64,000 nt of DNA, from positions 352,001 through 416,000 of the forward strand of contig OZ245040.1 in NCBI GenBank assembly GCA_965224195.1. The letters are read 5' to 3'. This document shows positions 41,875 through 52,443 of the stretch, in pieces; within the stretch, counting starts at the first letter, position 1; every line of letters starts with the position of its first letter. The stretch is from Nitrosopumilus sp. (GTDB lineage: Archaea > Thermoproteota > Nitrososphaeria > Nitrososphaerales > Nitrosopumilaceae). The translations under genes were made by a program, and so were the position numbers. The notes below the pieces were generated by a model. It ran no database searches. It was not told the DNA's origin and worked only from the letters and a program-made list of their open reading frames with translations.

Positions 41875-43002
41875 CTACAAGGATGAATAAACATCAAGAA
41901 ATTTCTTGCCTATAATCTCCGGTGAAAAATTTTTAACAATATGTTTTTTAGCTAACGTTGACATTTTATTTCTTAATTCAATATCTGAGTATAATAATTC
42001 AATTTGTTTAGAAAGTTCTTTATAATCTCCTGCCAAAAATTGAAACCCTGTTTCACCATGAATAATAATTTCTTGGAGTCCTCCTATTTTACTTACTATT
42101 GTTGGAATTCCTAAACAACCAGATTCAGCTGCAGGCATTCCAAATGGTTCATAATTTGATGTCATGACAAAAACATCAGAATTAATTATATAGTCTTGAG
42201 GATTATTTTGAAAACCAATAAATTTGACATATTCTTCAATATTCTCATTTTTTACCAAGTTTTCTAATTCTTTTTTTAATTCACCGTCTCCTAAAATTAT
42301 CAATTTTGATTTTGGTTTTACCCTATGAACAAAATCTGAATATCCTTTAATTAGAATATCAATCCCTTTCACTTTTGTTAATCGCGCTGCAGTCATAACA
42401 ATAAATTCATTTTCACTTTTAATTGGAATGTTTAATGGTTTGATTTCATTTTGAAACTTTTTTGTGTCTATGGGATTATGAATTGTTATACTGTTTCTAA
42501 TATTATCTCTAGTTTGTATTTTCTTTGCTAACCAATTAGAGCAAGGACAAAAGATATCCACATATTTTTTGCAATTATGCCACAAAAATTTTGTTTTTAT
42601 TCTTGTTAAATAATTACTCTCTAATACTTCAAAAATAGGATCACCTTCCACTGTGAGAATTAATTTTTTATTTAATTTTTTAGTTTGTTTTCCAAGTACG
42701 TAGACAAGTTTTGGTAAATGAAGATGAACATATTCTATATTATTATTTTTTATTGTTTCTAAAGCAATTTTGGCTAATGTTTTCCAGTATTTAATGCCTG
42801 ATTCTTCTGATTTAATTATTTGAAGATTGGCACCTTCTGATTTAATTTTTTCAAGAAATATATCAAATTCATGGGGGGGTTTTGTTGCAACAACAAAAAC
42901 CTGAACATTATTTCTTAAAAGTCCAATAATTATGTTTAATGCAGCTATTGATGCACCCGTGATTCCTTGTTTTGATGGAATAACAAACAAAACTTTCATC
43001 AT
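41875..43002 (-). CDS. GT4 glycosyltransferase
   Basis: ARLTKVKG and EPFGMPAAES motifs. Confidence 0.9.
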   Translation of the reverse strand: MMKVLFVIPSKQGITGASIAALNIIIGLLRNNVQVFVVATKPPHEFDIFLEKIKSEGANLQIIKSEESGIKYWKTLAKIALETIKNNNIEYVHLHLPKLVYVLGKQTKKLNKKLILTVEGDPIFEVLESNYLTRIKTKFLWHNCKKYVDIFCPCSNWLAKKIQTRDNIRNSITIHNPIDTKKFQNEIKPLNIPIKSENEFIVMTAARLTKVKGIDILIKGYSDFVHRVKPKSKLIILGDGELKKELENLVKNENIEEYVKFIGFQNNPQDYIINSDVFVMTSNYEPFGMPAAESGCLGIPTIVSKIGGLQEIIIHGETGFQFLAGDYKELSKQIELLYSDIELRNKMSTLAKKHIVKNFSPEIIGKKFLDVYSSL

Positions 43003-43060
43003 AATAGTGTCAGAATTTAATCCACGATATATAAAGTAGAAGTAACATGAAAATGTAAAC

Positions 43061-44245
43061 GTGAACCAACAAGATTTTCAAAGTTCTGAAATACATTTGC
43101 TAACTTTTGTTGATGTAATTAAAGGACTATCCTCACCAACACTACATTCACAATATTTTGATGAATATCTAAAATTATCAAAATATGTTGATTCTGTTCG
43201 TATCATATCATCAAATGTTTCTAATGTTCCGGAATTACCGAAAAATGTTGAAATCATAACTCCAAAAATTTCTAAAATTCCTAAAATTAGAGGAATTACA
43301 AAAATGTTAAATTATCTTATATCTTCAATAAAACTAAGAAAAAAAATTAATTTATTATATGTTAGAACCGTTTCTCCACCTGAAATTTTTACATCATGGA
43401 TAATGAGTTCATTTTTTAATATACCTTTAATCTTGCTCATTGGAGGAACTTGTGTTTATGAACCAATTACTTTTAAAAATCGAATCTTTCATTGGATTCT
43501 TGCAAGAACAATTAATTCATCAGAAAAAATTATTCTTTATTCTGATAGAATGATTCCTTTCATTGAGACTTTGTCAAAAAATATTCCAAGAAATAAATTT
43601 ATAATAATTAGAAATGCTGTTGACCCAGAAAGATTTAAACCACTTTCAAAAGATCCTAAACAATTTGAAAAATATAAAATTAATTCTAATGATAAAATAA
43701 TTTCATACGTTGGAAGAATTAGTGAAAAGAAGGGGGTTATTGATCTTTTAGAAGGTTCAAATTTGTCTAATCAAATTAATAAAATTAAAATTCTTCTTGC
43801 TGGAGTTTTAGATAAAAATTCTGAGGATTACTATAAAATTAATAAACTCTTAAAAAAACTAAATCTTGAAAATAAAGTGATAATTCAACAAATCCCCAAT
43901 AATGAACTATCTGAATTCCATTCATGTGCTGATGTTTTTGTTTATTTAACAAAACGATGTGAAGCTCTACCTAGAGCAATTCTTGAGGCAATGGCATGTG
44001 AAAAACCTATTCTAGCCTCACCTGTAGCAGGAATACCTGATGCCATTATTGATAATCAAACTGGATTTATTGTTAATAATCCTCATGAAGTTGCTGAAAA
44101 ATTGAATTTATTATTAGATGATGAAAATTTAAGAATTAAACTGGGACAAAATTGTAGAAAAAAAATCCTTAACGAATTTACTTATGATGTTACACTTCCT
44201 AAATTAGTGAAATTATTTCAAAAAATCATTAATACAAAATCTTAA
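43061..44245 (+). CDS. GT4 glycosyltransferase
   Basis: GRISEKKG and EALPRAILEAMAC motifs. Confidence 0.9.
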   Translation: MNQQDFQSSEIHLLTFVDVIKGLSSPTLHSQYFDEYLKLSKYVDSVRIISSNVSNVPELPKNVEIITPKISKIPKIRGITKMLNYLISSIKLRKKINLLYVRTVSPPEIFTSWIMSSFFNIPLILLIGGTCVYEPITFKNRIFHWILARTINSSEKIILYSDRMIPFIETLSKNIPRNKFIIIRNAVDPERFKPLSKDPKQFEKYKINSNDKIISYVGRISEKKGVIDLLEGSNLSNQINKIKILLAGVLDKNSEDYYKINKLLKKLNLENKVIIQQIPNNELSEFHSCADVFVYLTKRCEALPRAILEAMACEKPILASPVAGIPDAIIDNQTGFIVNNPHEVAEKLNLLLDDENLRIKLGQNCRKKILNEFTYDVTLPKLVKLFQKIINTKS

Positions 44246-44269
44246 AAATCAAAATATGAGTTATAAATT

Positions 44270-44902
44270 ATGAAGGGAAAAATTTCTGCAATTAAGACTA
44301 TTTTAAATAATTTCTCTACTATTTACCATCCTTCTAAAATTCGATATTTACTAGATAAAGGATGGTATCTAAGTGTACAAAAAAAAATATCGATAAATAA
44401 AAATAATGAACCAATTCCATGGGTAACTTACCCTTTTCTTGATTTTATATATCCTAGATTACAAAAAAATTTTAAGATATTTGAATTTGGTTCTGGCAGT
44501 TCTACATTATGGTGGTCTAACAATATTTCAAAAGTTATATCATGCGAACATGATCTAAAATGGGTAAAAAAACTAAAACCTCTCCCTTCAAATGTAGAAA
44601 TTTTCCATAAAGATTTAAACAAAGGATATTCTGATTTTATTAAAACTTTTTCAAATGAATTTGATATAGTGGTGATTGATGGAAGAAAGAGAAATAAATG
44701 TATGAAAAATTGTATCCCTTCTCTAAAACAAGATGGAATTATAATTTTAGATGACAGTCATCGTGATTATTATGATGATGGAATTAATTATTTAATTTCT
44801 AATGAATTTAAAAAAATTGATTTTCATGGTATTGGCCCTATGTATTCAAAAGAAAAATGTACAAGTATTTTTTATAGAACAAAAAATATTCTAGATATTT
44901 AA
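44270..44902 (+). CDS. Class I SAM-dependent methyltransferase (glycan-locus type)
   Basis: PIPWVTY, FEFGSGSST, VVIDGRKR and ILDDS motifs. Confidence 0.8.
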   Translation: MKGKISAIKTILNNFSTIYHPSKIRYLLDKGWYLSVQKKISINKNNEPIPWVTYPFLDFIYPRLQKNFKIFEFGSGSSTLWWSNNISKVISCEHDLKWVKKLKPLPSNVEIFHKDLNKGYSDFIKTFSNEFDIVVIDGRKRNKCMKNCIPSLKQDGIIILDDSHRDYYDDGINYLISNEFKKIDFHGIGPMYSKEKCTSIFYRTKNILDI

Positions 44903-44909
44903 CAATAAT

Positions 44910-46259
44910 TTATAATGAATTCAAAATTGTCTTAGAATCTTTATCTTTATTTAATTTATTTTGGCAATCATATATTACTTTGATCAATGATTTTTTATAA
45001 ATATCTGAAATTCGAAATCTTGTTTTAGTATGATGCTGTACAACACATAAACAAGAAAATTTCTCTAGGTATTTATCATCATCAATATTATCAATAATTT
45101 CAAATTCTAATTGATTTAGATTATTTTCAATTAGGTATTTTTTTAATAATTCTGATTTGAAAAATGGATCGTATGCTGAAACCTTAAAACCATTATTCTT
45201 GAATTCTTGTGCTAATTTGAAACCTGGAGAATCCCGCATGTCTTCTATATCTGATTTGTATGCTAAACCTAAAATTATTACTGATTTTTCTATTGATAGT
45301 TGTACTAGTATTTTTTGAATATTGTTTACTATGGTCTTAGGAATATTCTGATTTATTGAAATAGCAGTATCGATCGTTTGAAAATCCATTGAAAATTGTC
45401 TGGCTGAATTTCTTAAAAAAATTGGATCTTTAGGTATACAATGACCTCCCACTCCAGCACTAGGATAAAATGGCATAAAACCAAATGGCTTAGTAGACGC
45501 TGCTTTGATTACATCATTAACATCAATCTTTAGATTGTTACAAAGTAATGCTAATTCATTTACCATAGAAATATTTACTAATCTAAATGCATTTTCATAT
45601 GATTTTACAACTTCTGCAATTTTTGGTGATTTGACCCTTATCAAATTTGCATGGTTAACATATTTGTAAATTGATTGTGAGATTCTAAACATGAATTCAT
45701 CAGAACAATAAATTATTCGTGGAATATTTTCTAGATTCCATTTTTTATTTTGAGGATCTATCCTTTCTGGACAAAAACCTAATCCAAAATCTTTTCCTAC
45801 TAAAAAACCTGATTTTTCTATAATTTTTCTTACATACTCCGTAGTTCCTACTTCAACACTGCTTTCAATTAAAATTCCGTCACCTTTTTTTGCAGTTGAT
45901 AAAAAACTTTGAACCGCTGATTCGACATAAATACTTGATTTAATTTTATCATTTGGAATGGGTGTGGGAACACAAATTATCCCCATTTTTGGTTTTTCAG
46001 TATATTTTGAAACAGCATTAAATTCTACTAATTCTTTTTCAAGTACTTGAAAAAATTCTATTTTCAAATTATTTTCTGATTCCAATAATTTTTTTGAATT
46101 AAGTCGATTAATCCTATCTTTGTCTACATCAATTCCTCTTACTCTATATCCACCTGATGCTAGTTTTACTAACAATGGAAATCCTACATAACCTAATCCA
46201 AAAATCTCAATCATGACGTCTTTCTGATTAAATCTTTTACAGCTATTTTCTAAGGACAT
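44910..46259 (-). CDS. Nucleotide-sugar (UDP-HexNAc) 6-dehydrogenase
   Basis: GLGYVG, ICVPTP, CPERIDP, GVGGHCIPKDP and GLAYKSDIEDMRDSP motifs. Confidence 0.9.
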   Translation of the reverse strand: MSLENSCKRFNQKDVMIEIFGLGYVGFPLLVKLASGGYRVRGIDVDKDRINRLNSKKLLESENNLKIEFFQVLEKELVEFNAVSKYTEKPKMGIICVPTPIPNDKIKSSIYVESAVQSFLSTAKKGDGILIESSVEVGTTEYVRKIIEKSGFLVGKDFGLGFCPERIDPQNKKWNLENIPRIIYCSDEFMFRISQSIYKYVNHANLIRVKSPKIAEVVKSYENAFRLVNISMVNELALLCNNLKIDVNDVIKAASTKPFGFMPFYPSAGVGGHCIPKDPIFLRNSARQFSMDFQTIDTAISINQNIPKTIVNNIQKILVQLSIEKSVIILGLAYKSDIEDMRDSPGFKLAQEFKNNGFKVSAYDPFFKSELLKKYLIENNLNQLEFEIIDNIDDDKYLEKFSCLCVVQHHTKTRFRISDIYKKSLIKVIYDCQNKLNKDKDSKTILNSL

Positions 46260-46351
46260 ATTTTACATTCAAACGTTACCTTAATCTATATACATATTTT
46301 GTAAGTTATTTTTGTTCTTTTATATTATTCCTGATTATCTGATAGTAAAAT

Positions 46352-47509
46352 ATGAATTTGAAAACTAATAATACTGAAGAAAGACAATTCCTTAAAATGA
46401 ACAATTCACGACTGTTAACCTTTGTCACCAATTTCTCTAGTCATGGGATAGCAGGTTTAGAATCACAAATTTATGAAGAGTATGTTAGATTATCAAAACA
46501 AAATTCTATGATAATAATTACTGAGAATACTGATGTTGATTCAAACAATAATTTAAAAATAATTAAAGTTTCAAAAATTTCTATTCCAAAATTTAGAGGA
46601 ATTTTTAAAATTTTACAGTATGTTTTTTCAACATTAAGAAATAGCAAAAATTTTGATACAATTTATGTGAGAACTTTTTCACCTCCAGAACTTTTATCTG
46701 CAATATTTGCAAAAAAATTTTTAAAAAAAAAAGTTATTTTTTTAATTCCTGGAACTTGGATTTTTGTAGGAAAAAATTTTAAAAATAAATTACAAAGAAA
46801 AATCTTTCAAACTCTTTCACATAATTCAGATATTTTAATTTTATATTCAAAATTAATAATACCTGAAATTACTTCACTAATAGGACCTATTAATGAATCA
46901 AAAATTTCTATTATAAGAAATTCTATAGATGCATTGAAATTTTTACCTGTTAAACTGAGCGAAGAAAATTCCTTATTATATGTCGGCAGAATTCATCCCT
47001 TAAAACAAATTGATGATATTATCTATGCCATTGCATTAGTCAATAAAGTAATACCTAATGTAAAATTGAAAATTGTAGGAAAAGTTCAATCAATTGAATA
47101 TTATAAATTTCTTAATGATTTGATTCTTAAATTAGGTTGTAAAGAAAATATAGATTTTGTTGGACCAATCCCTAATGAAAAAATAGTTGATTTTTACAAT
47201 CGTGCACAAATTTTTATTTTAATGGGAAAAAATGAAGGCATTCCAAGATCTATTTTAGAAGCAATGGCATGTGAAAAAGCTGTTATTGCAGCAGCAAATT
47301 CAGGAATACCTGATGTTATAAAACATAACGAAAATGGAATTTTAGTAGAAAATTCAAAATATGAACAATTATCACAAGAAATAATTTCTTTATTACAAAA
47401 TGATCAAAAACGAAAAAAATTAGGTGTTAATGCACGTAAAACAATTATTGATGATTTTAATTGGAATTTATTTGTGAAAAAAATGAATTCTATTTTTAAT
47501 TCAATTTAG
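46352..47509 (+). CDS. GT4 glycosyltransferase
   Basis: GRIHPLK and EGIPRSILEAMAC motifs. Confidence 0.9.
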   Translation: MNLKTNNTEERQFLKMNNSRLLTFVTNFSSHGIAGLESQIYEEYVRLSKQNSMIIITENTDVDSNNNLKIIKVSKISIPKFRGIFKILQYVFSTLRNSKNFDTIYVRTFSPPELLSAIFAKKFLKKKVIFLIPGTWIFVGKNFKNKLQRKIFQTLSHNSDILILYSKLIIPEITSLIGPINESKISIIRNSIDALKFLPVKLSEENSLLYVGRIHPLKQIDDIIYAIALVNKVIPNVKLKIVGKVQSIEYYKFLNDLILKLGCKENIDFVGPIPNEKIVDFYNRAQIFILMGKNEGIPRSILEAMACEKAVIAAANSGIPDVIKHNENGILVENSKYEQLSQEIISLLQNDQKRKKLGVNARKTIIDDFNWNLFVKKMNSIFNSI

Positions 47510-48611
47510 CATCAGAAATAATTTTATCATAAAATTTTATTAACTTTTCCTCTTGTTTCCAAAATTCAAATTTGTTTAACATTAATTCTCTTCCGATAAT
47601 TCCCATTTTCGTTCTTGTTTCTTTATCCTTAAGTAATTTTACAATTGTTTCAGCTAAAATTTCTGGGTTTTTAGATGGAAGTAAAATTGCGCTTTCATTT
47701 GAAACAGCTTCTGGAATTCCTCCAATATTTGTTGCAATTACTGCTTTTCCAGAAGCTTGTGCTTCTAGAATTACCCTTCCCATAGATTCAACATAAGATG
47801 GATGAACAAACAGATCACATGCAGCAAAATATTTTGGTAAATCATTGTATGGTACATTTCCACATAAAATTACATTTTTTTCAACACCTGATTTTTTAAT
47901 CTGCTTAAGTAATTCTTCTTCTTTTTCTCCATCACCAATGATTACAAATTTTATATTATCTAGAGATTTTTTCACAATTTTTACTGAATTTATTAATGTA
48001 TCAAATCCTTTTATCGCAATCAATGATCCAATTGAAATTACCATGTAATCTTTAATTTCAAATTTTTCTCTTATTTCATTTCCATTAATATTTACATTAA
48101 AGTGATTACAGTCTACTCTATCTTCAATAATTTCAATTTTTTCAGGTTTAATTCCCCAACTAACTATCGTTTCTTTTACAATGTTACTATTAGCTCTAAT
48201 TTTAGTGGCGTTTGAACAAACAAATTTTTTCATTAAAGATTGAATTTTTCCTACTGTGAATTTATAACCATGAACACTTATCAAAACAGGTTTTTGAATA
48301 ATTTTCCCTGCTATCACACATAGTAACCCTGCAACAAAAGGATTTTGTGCTATAATTAAATCAAAATTCTTTCCATTTTTTATTATACTAAAAAATAAAC
48401 TAATTAAACTTGGAACTAAAAATACCGTTAAATTTTTCCTTCTAATACATTTATGATGTTTTTCCTTTGATTGAAAAATGACTGCATTTTCTGTCATTAA
48501 TTCTGACATTGATTCGAAATGAATCAAATCATATCCTGTTTTTAACTCTAATAATTCGTCACTGATGAAACGTCTTGCAACATGAAGTGCCTTAATAGAA
48601 AATTTCTCCAT
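47496..48611 (-). CDS. GT4 glycosyltransferase
   Basis: GSLIAIKG and ESMGRVILEAQASG motifs. Confidence 0.9.
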   Translation of the reverse strand: MEKFSIKALHVARRFISDELLELKTGYDLIHFESMSELMTENAVIFQSKEKHHKCIRRKNLTVFLVPSLISLFFSIIKNGKNFDLIIAQNPFVAGLLCVIAGKIIQKPVLISVHGYKFTVGKIQSLMKKFVCSNATKIRANSNIVKETIVSWGIKPEKIEIIEDRVDCNHFNVNINGNEIREKFEIKDYMVISIGSLIAIKGFDTLINSVKIVKKSLDNIKFVIIGDGEKEEELLKQIKKSGVEKNVILCGNVPYNDLPKYFAACDLFVHPSYVESMGRVILEAQASGKAVIATNIGGIPEAVSNESAILLPSKNPEILAETIVKLLKDKETRTKMGIIGRELMLNKFEFWKQEEKLIKFYDKIISDAKLN

Positions 48612-48739
48612 TTATTTTTCCTCCATTTTGATTTTTTGAGTGTTCAATTTAATCGTATTTTTTATTTATAAATTAAAAATTCGTTATGGAATAATTTACG
48701 ATTGAAAGGTTAATTTAATTCAATTTTTAAAAGATTTTA

Positions 48740-49690
48740 TTGATTCTTAAAGACTCAAAAATTTTGGTCACTGGAGCTGCTGGATTCATTGGCTCAACAT
48801 TGGTAAATAAACTCTTAGAAATGAATTGTGATGTCATTGGTTATGATACTTTTTCTGATTATTATGAAGGTAAAGAAGCAAATCTAGATGTTTTTTCTTC
48901 AAATTCAAAATTCAGATTAATTAAAGATGATATTCTAAATTTTGAAGGATTATTGCATGCTACTGAAGGAGTAGATATAATCTTTCATATTGCTGCTCAA
49001 CCTGGAGTACGTTTTTCTTTAGAAAAACCCACAATCACAAACAGAATTAATACTGAAGGTACGTTAAATGTTTTACAAGCATCTGTAAAAAATGATGTTA
49101 AAAAAATTATCAATGCATCATCATCATCAATTTATGGAAATCCACAATACACTCCTGTTGATGAAAATCATCCAAAAATACCAATCTCAATTTATGGTGT
49201 ATCAAAATTAGCTGCTGAAAATTATTGTAGAATTTATCATGAGATGTATGATAAGAACATTGTTTCATTACGTTATCACACGGTCTATGGTCCAAAAGGT
49301 AGACCTGATATGGCCGTCTTTAAATGGATTGATTCATTATTTAATAATCAAAAAATTACAATATTTGGTGATGGGAATCAAACACGGGATATGACTTTTG
49401 TAAATGATATTGTAGATGGTACCATTAAAGCTGCTGAACATGATAATGTATCTGGTGATGTTTTTAATTTATCTAGTGGCCGAACTGTAACTATGAATTA
49501 CATTTTAGAACAATTAGTTTCTATTATTGGGATTACTCCATCCATTGAATATCAAAAACCAAGAGATGATGATGCAAAAGATACTTACGGAAATATAGAA
49601 AAAGCAAAAAAAATCCTTGATTATATACCACAGACATCTGTAGAAGAAGGATTGAGATTAACAGTTAATTGGTATAAAAAATATTTTTAA
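48740..49690 (+). CDS. Nucleotide-sugar 4-epimerase (extended SDR; UDP-glucuronate/UDP-HexNAcA epimerase-like)
   Basis: TGAAGFIG, HIAAQPGVR, SSSSIYG, YGVSK and GRPDMA motifs. Confidence 0.88.
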   Translation: MILKDSKILVTGAAGFIGSTLVNKLLEMNCDVIGYDTFSDYYEGKEANLDVFSSNSKFRLIKDDILNFEGLLHATEGVDIIFHIAAQPGVRFSLEKPTITNRINTEGTLNVLQASVKNDVKKIINASSSSIYGNPQYTPVDENHPKIPISIYGVSKLAAENYCRIYHEMYDKNIVSLRYHTVYGPKGRPDMAVFKWIDSLFNNQKITIFGDGNQTRDMTFVNDIVDGTIKAAEHDNVSGDVFNLSSGRTVTMNYILEQLVSIIGITPSIEYQKPRDDDAKDTYGNIEKAKKILDYIPQTSVEEGLRLTVNWYKKYF

Positions 49691-49724
49691 ATAAATAAAA
49701 TTATCAAAAATCTATTACATTAAA

Positions 49725-50888
49725 TTAATTATTTATTTTTGAAATAATTTCTATAATTAAATTTGCACGTTTATCTAGTGTATATTTTTCTGAATCTTTT
49801 TTTGCATTTTTAGCAATTTTCTCCATGATTTTTTTATTATCAATTAAATTGTCAATTTGCTCTGCTAAATTTTTAGGAGATTCTGGATCAAATAGAATAC
49901 CGTTCTCTAAATTATGGATTACCTCTTTTATCCATGGCAATTCTGGTGCAAGAATAGGCTTTCCTACTGCTAAATATTCTAAGAGTTTTAGTGGTGCAAA
50001 AGAACTCAACCCTTTAATTTTTTTAATGGGGGGAGTATACATTACTAGAATATCTGACGCATTAAGATAATCTGGAATTATTTTATGTGGTATACGAGGC
50101 TGAAAATGAATCTTTTCACTATTAAATTTTTTTCTAAGTTTACTAATTTCATTTTCTGTCCCACCAACAATGACAAATTTTACATTTTTAGTTATATATT
50201 TACATGATTCAAGAATAAATTCTGTTGATTTCCATTCCGCAAGAGATCCTGTATATGTAATCAATAATTCATTATTATTTTTTAATTTTTTTCTTATCAT
50301 TGAAATACTTTCAGTGTTAAAATTTGAGAACAATTTCTTATCATATCCAGTATGAACGTAAAATTTTTCTTCTATCTTTACTCCTAATTCTTTAACTGCT
50401 AATCTGAGATAATCACTAATTGTTATTATTGCATCAAACTTTTCAAAAAAATCTTTAGATTCATTTGGTCTTGGCAATTGATGAAGTTCATAAATTAAAT
50501 GGAATTTTAATGACTTTTTAAATATTACAAAAATTTTTGCAAGAAAAGGTTCTCTTATCAAAACAAACTTTTCTGTATCTTTATCATTTTTTATCAATTT
50601 CATACAAGATAATGCAAAAAAAGATACCATCAAAATAAAAGCAAATTTCTGAAACATTGGGTTTTTAGAAAAATTTAGTAATGATATTGTAAATAACCAA
50701 TGAATTGGAAATTTTGTCAAAATCCCATAATCATTCATTTTTACATTTTTTGTTTTATCTTTTCTTTTGGGAGTAAGTAACTCTACATTACAACCATTCT
50801 TTTTCAATGCTTCACAATTCTTTAAAATTGCAATTGATTCAGCCTTTTCACCTGGAATTCTTGCTGATGTAAGAACAAATAATTTCAA
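49725..50888 (-). CDS. GT4 glycosyltransferase
   Basis: YTGSLAEWK and APLKLLEYLAVGKP motifs. Confidence 0.88.
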   Translation of the reverse strand: MKLFVLTSARIPGEKAESIAILKNCEALKKNGCNVELLTPKRKDKTKNVKMNDYGILTKFPIHWLFTISLLNFSKNPMFQKFAFILMVSFFALSCMKLIKNDKDTEKFVLIREPFLAKIFVIFKKSLKFHLIYELHQLPRPNESKDFFEKFDAIITISDYLRLAVKELGVKIEEKFYVHTGYDKKLFSNFNTESISMIRKKLKNNNELLITYTGSLAEWKSTEFILESCKYITKNVKFVIVGGTENEISKLRKKFNSEKIHFQPRIPHKIIPDYLNASDILVMYTPPIKKIKGLSSFAPLKLLEYLAVGKPILAPELPWIKEVIHNLENGILFDPESPKNLAEQIDNLIDNKKIMEKIAKNAKKDSEKYTLDKRANLIIEIISKINN

Positions 50889-50985
50889 TAATTTAATGTG
50901 AATTAGTTCCTAACCTTATATTCTTCGGTTTCATAAAATTTGAATTCATATTTTTTTCTTATTTTGTATCTATGACGTATTTTTA

Positions 50986-52389
50986 TTGGTTTCTTTAAAT
51001 AACGTAAACAAAAATAATCTTTTATTGAAAGTTTGTGTATTGGGATTAGGTTATGTGGGATTAACTTTAGCTTTGAGTTTAGCAGATAATGGTGTAAAAG
51101 TACTTGGATTAGATAATAACGCTAAAACTATTTTAACATTAAGAAAAGGAATTTCAACAGTATCTGAAAAAAATATTGAAAATATTCTTGAAAAACATTT
51201 AAATAAAAATTTTAAAGTTGAAGATTCTTTAAAATTTAACAATGAAAATCCGACAGAATTTAATTCATTTGATACTAACGATTTTTTTGATGCGTTTTTG
51301 ATATGTGTTGGTACGCCATTAGATGATAATAACAATCCCATGCTGAATCATGTTATTGCTGCATCAAAACAAGTTGGCTCAATTATTAAAAAGAATAGTA
51401 TGGTGATATTAAGATCTACAATTCCAATAGGAACTACTAGAAATACAATTAAACCAATTATAGAAGAAATATCTGGGCTAGTAGCTGGGAAAGATTTCTC
51501 ACTTGTTTTTGCACCAGAACGAACTATTGAAGGAGCTGCATTATCTGAACTCAAATCAAACCCTCAAATCATTGGATCTTTAACCTCTGATGGAATTGAA
51601 AAGGCTAGCACTCTGTTCATGAAACTCACTCCAACAATTGTCCCTGTATCAAATCTTGAAACTGCTGAAATGATAAAATTAATTGATAATACTTATCGTG
51701 ACGTGCATTTTGCATTTTCTAATGAACTAGCATTAATTTGTGAAAATCTAAATTTAAATGTCTATGAATGTATTCAAAAAGCAAATTATGACTATTCAAG
51801 AAACAATATCCCTGTACCTAGTCCTGGAGTAGGGGGCCCATGTCTTTCAAAAGATCCAATAATTCTCAAATATTCTACAAATGAACATGGATATAATCCT
51901 GAGATAATAACTCATAGTCGTTTGGTTAATCAATATCTGCCATCATTTTTAGCACAAAAAATTATAAAAAAACTTGATCTACATCAAAAAAATAAGCAAA
52001 CTACAAAAATCTTTATTCTGGGTTTTGCATTTAAAGGAAAACCAGAAACTTCTGATATTAGAAATTCCCCTACAATCACTCTTGTAAATGAATTAAAAAA
52101 TACTTTTTCTGAAAATGTTCTATATGGTTATGATCCTTTAGTTCCAATTGATGAGATTGAGCAACTAGGTGTAAAATATTGTAATGTTGATGAAGGATTT
52201 AAGAATGCTGACTGTGTTGTTATTATGAATAATAATGACTCATTTCTTTCGTTGGATTTATCAAAATTATTAGAAACTTCTTCAAAATCAATTATATTTG
52301 TAGATTGTTGGTATATGTTTAAAGATTCTATTTCTAAAATTAATTTCCCTGACCAAAAAATTATCTATACTGGAATCGGCTTTGATTAG
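50986..52389 (+). CDS. Nucleotide-sugar dehydrogenase (WecC/UDP-ManNAc dehydrogenase-like)
   Basis: GLGYVG, APERTIEG, DNTYRD, GVGGPCLSKDP and GFAFKG...DIRNSP motifs. Confidence 0.9.
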   Translation: MVSLNNVNKNNLLLKVCVLGLGYVGLTLALSLADNGVKVLGLDNNAKTILTLRKGISTVSEKNIENILEKHLNKNFKVEDSLKFNNENPTEFNSFDTNDFFDAFLICVGTPLDDNNNPMLNHVIAASKQVGSIIKKNSMVILRSTIPIGTTRNTIKPIIEEISGLVAGKDFSLVFAPERTIEGAALSELKSNPQIIGSLTSDGIEKASTLFMKLTPTIVPVSNLETAEMIKLIDNTYRDVHFAFSNELALICENLNLNVYECIQKANYDYSRNNIPVPSPGVGGPCLSKDPIILKYSTNEHGYNPEIITHSRLVNQYLPSFLAQKIIKKLDLHQKNKQTTKIFILGFAFKGKPETSDIRNSPTITLVNELKNTFSENVLYGYDPLVPIDEIEQLGVKYCNVDEGFKNADCVVIMNNNDSFLSLDLSKLLETSSKSIIFVDCWYMFKDSISKINFPDQKIIYTGIGFD

Positions 52390-52443
52390 AATTGATCAAT
52401 AATTTAAATAAATATAATTATATGATAATTGTAAATTCTTTTA

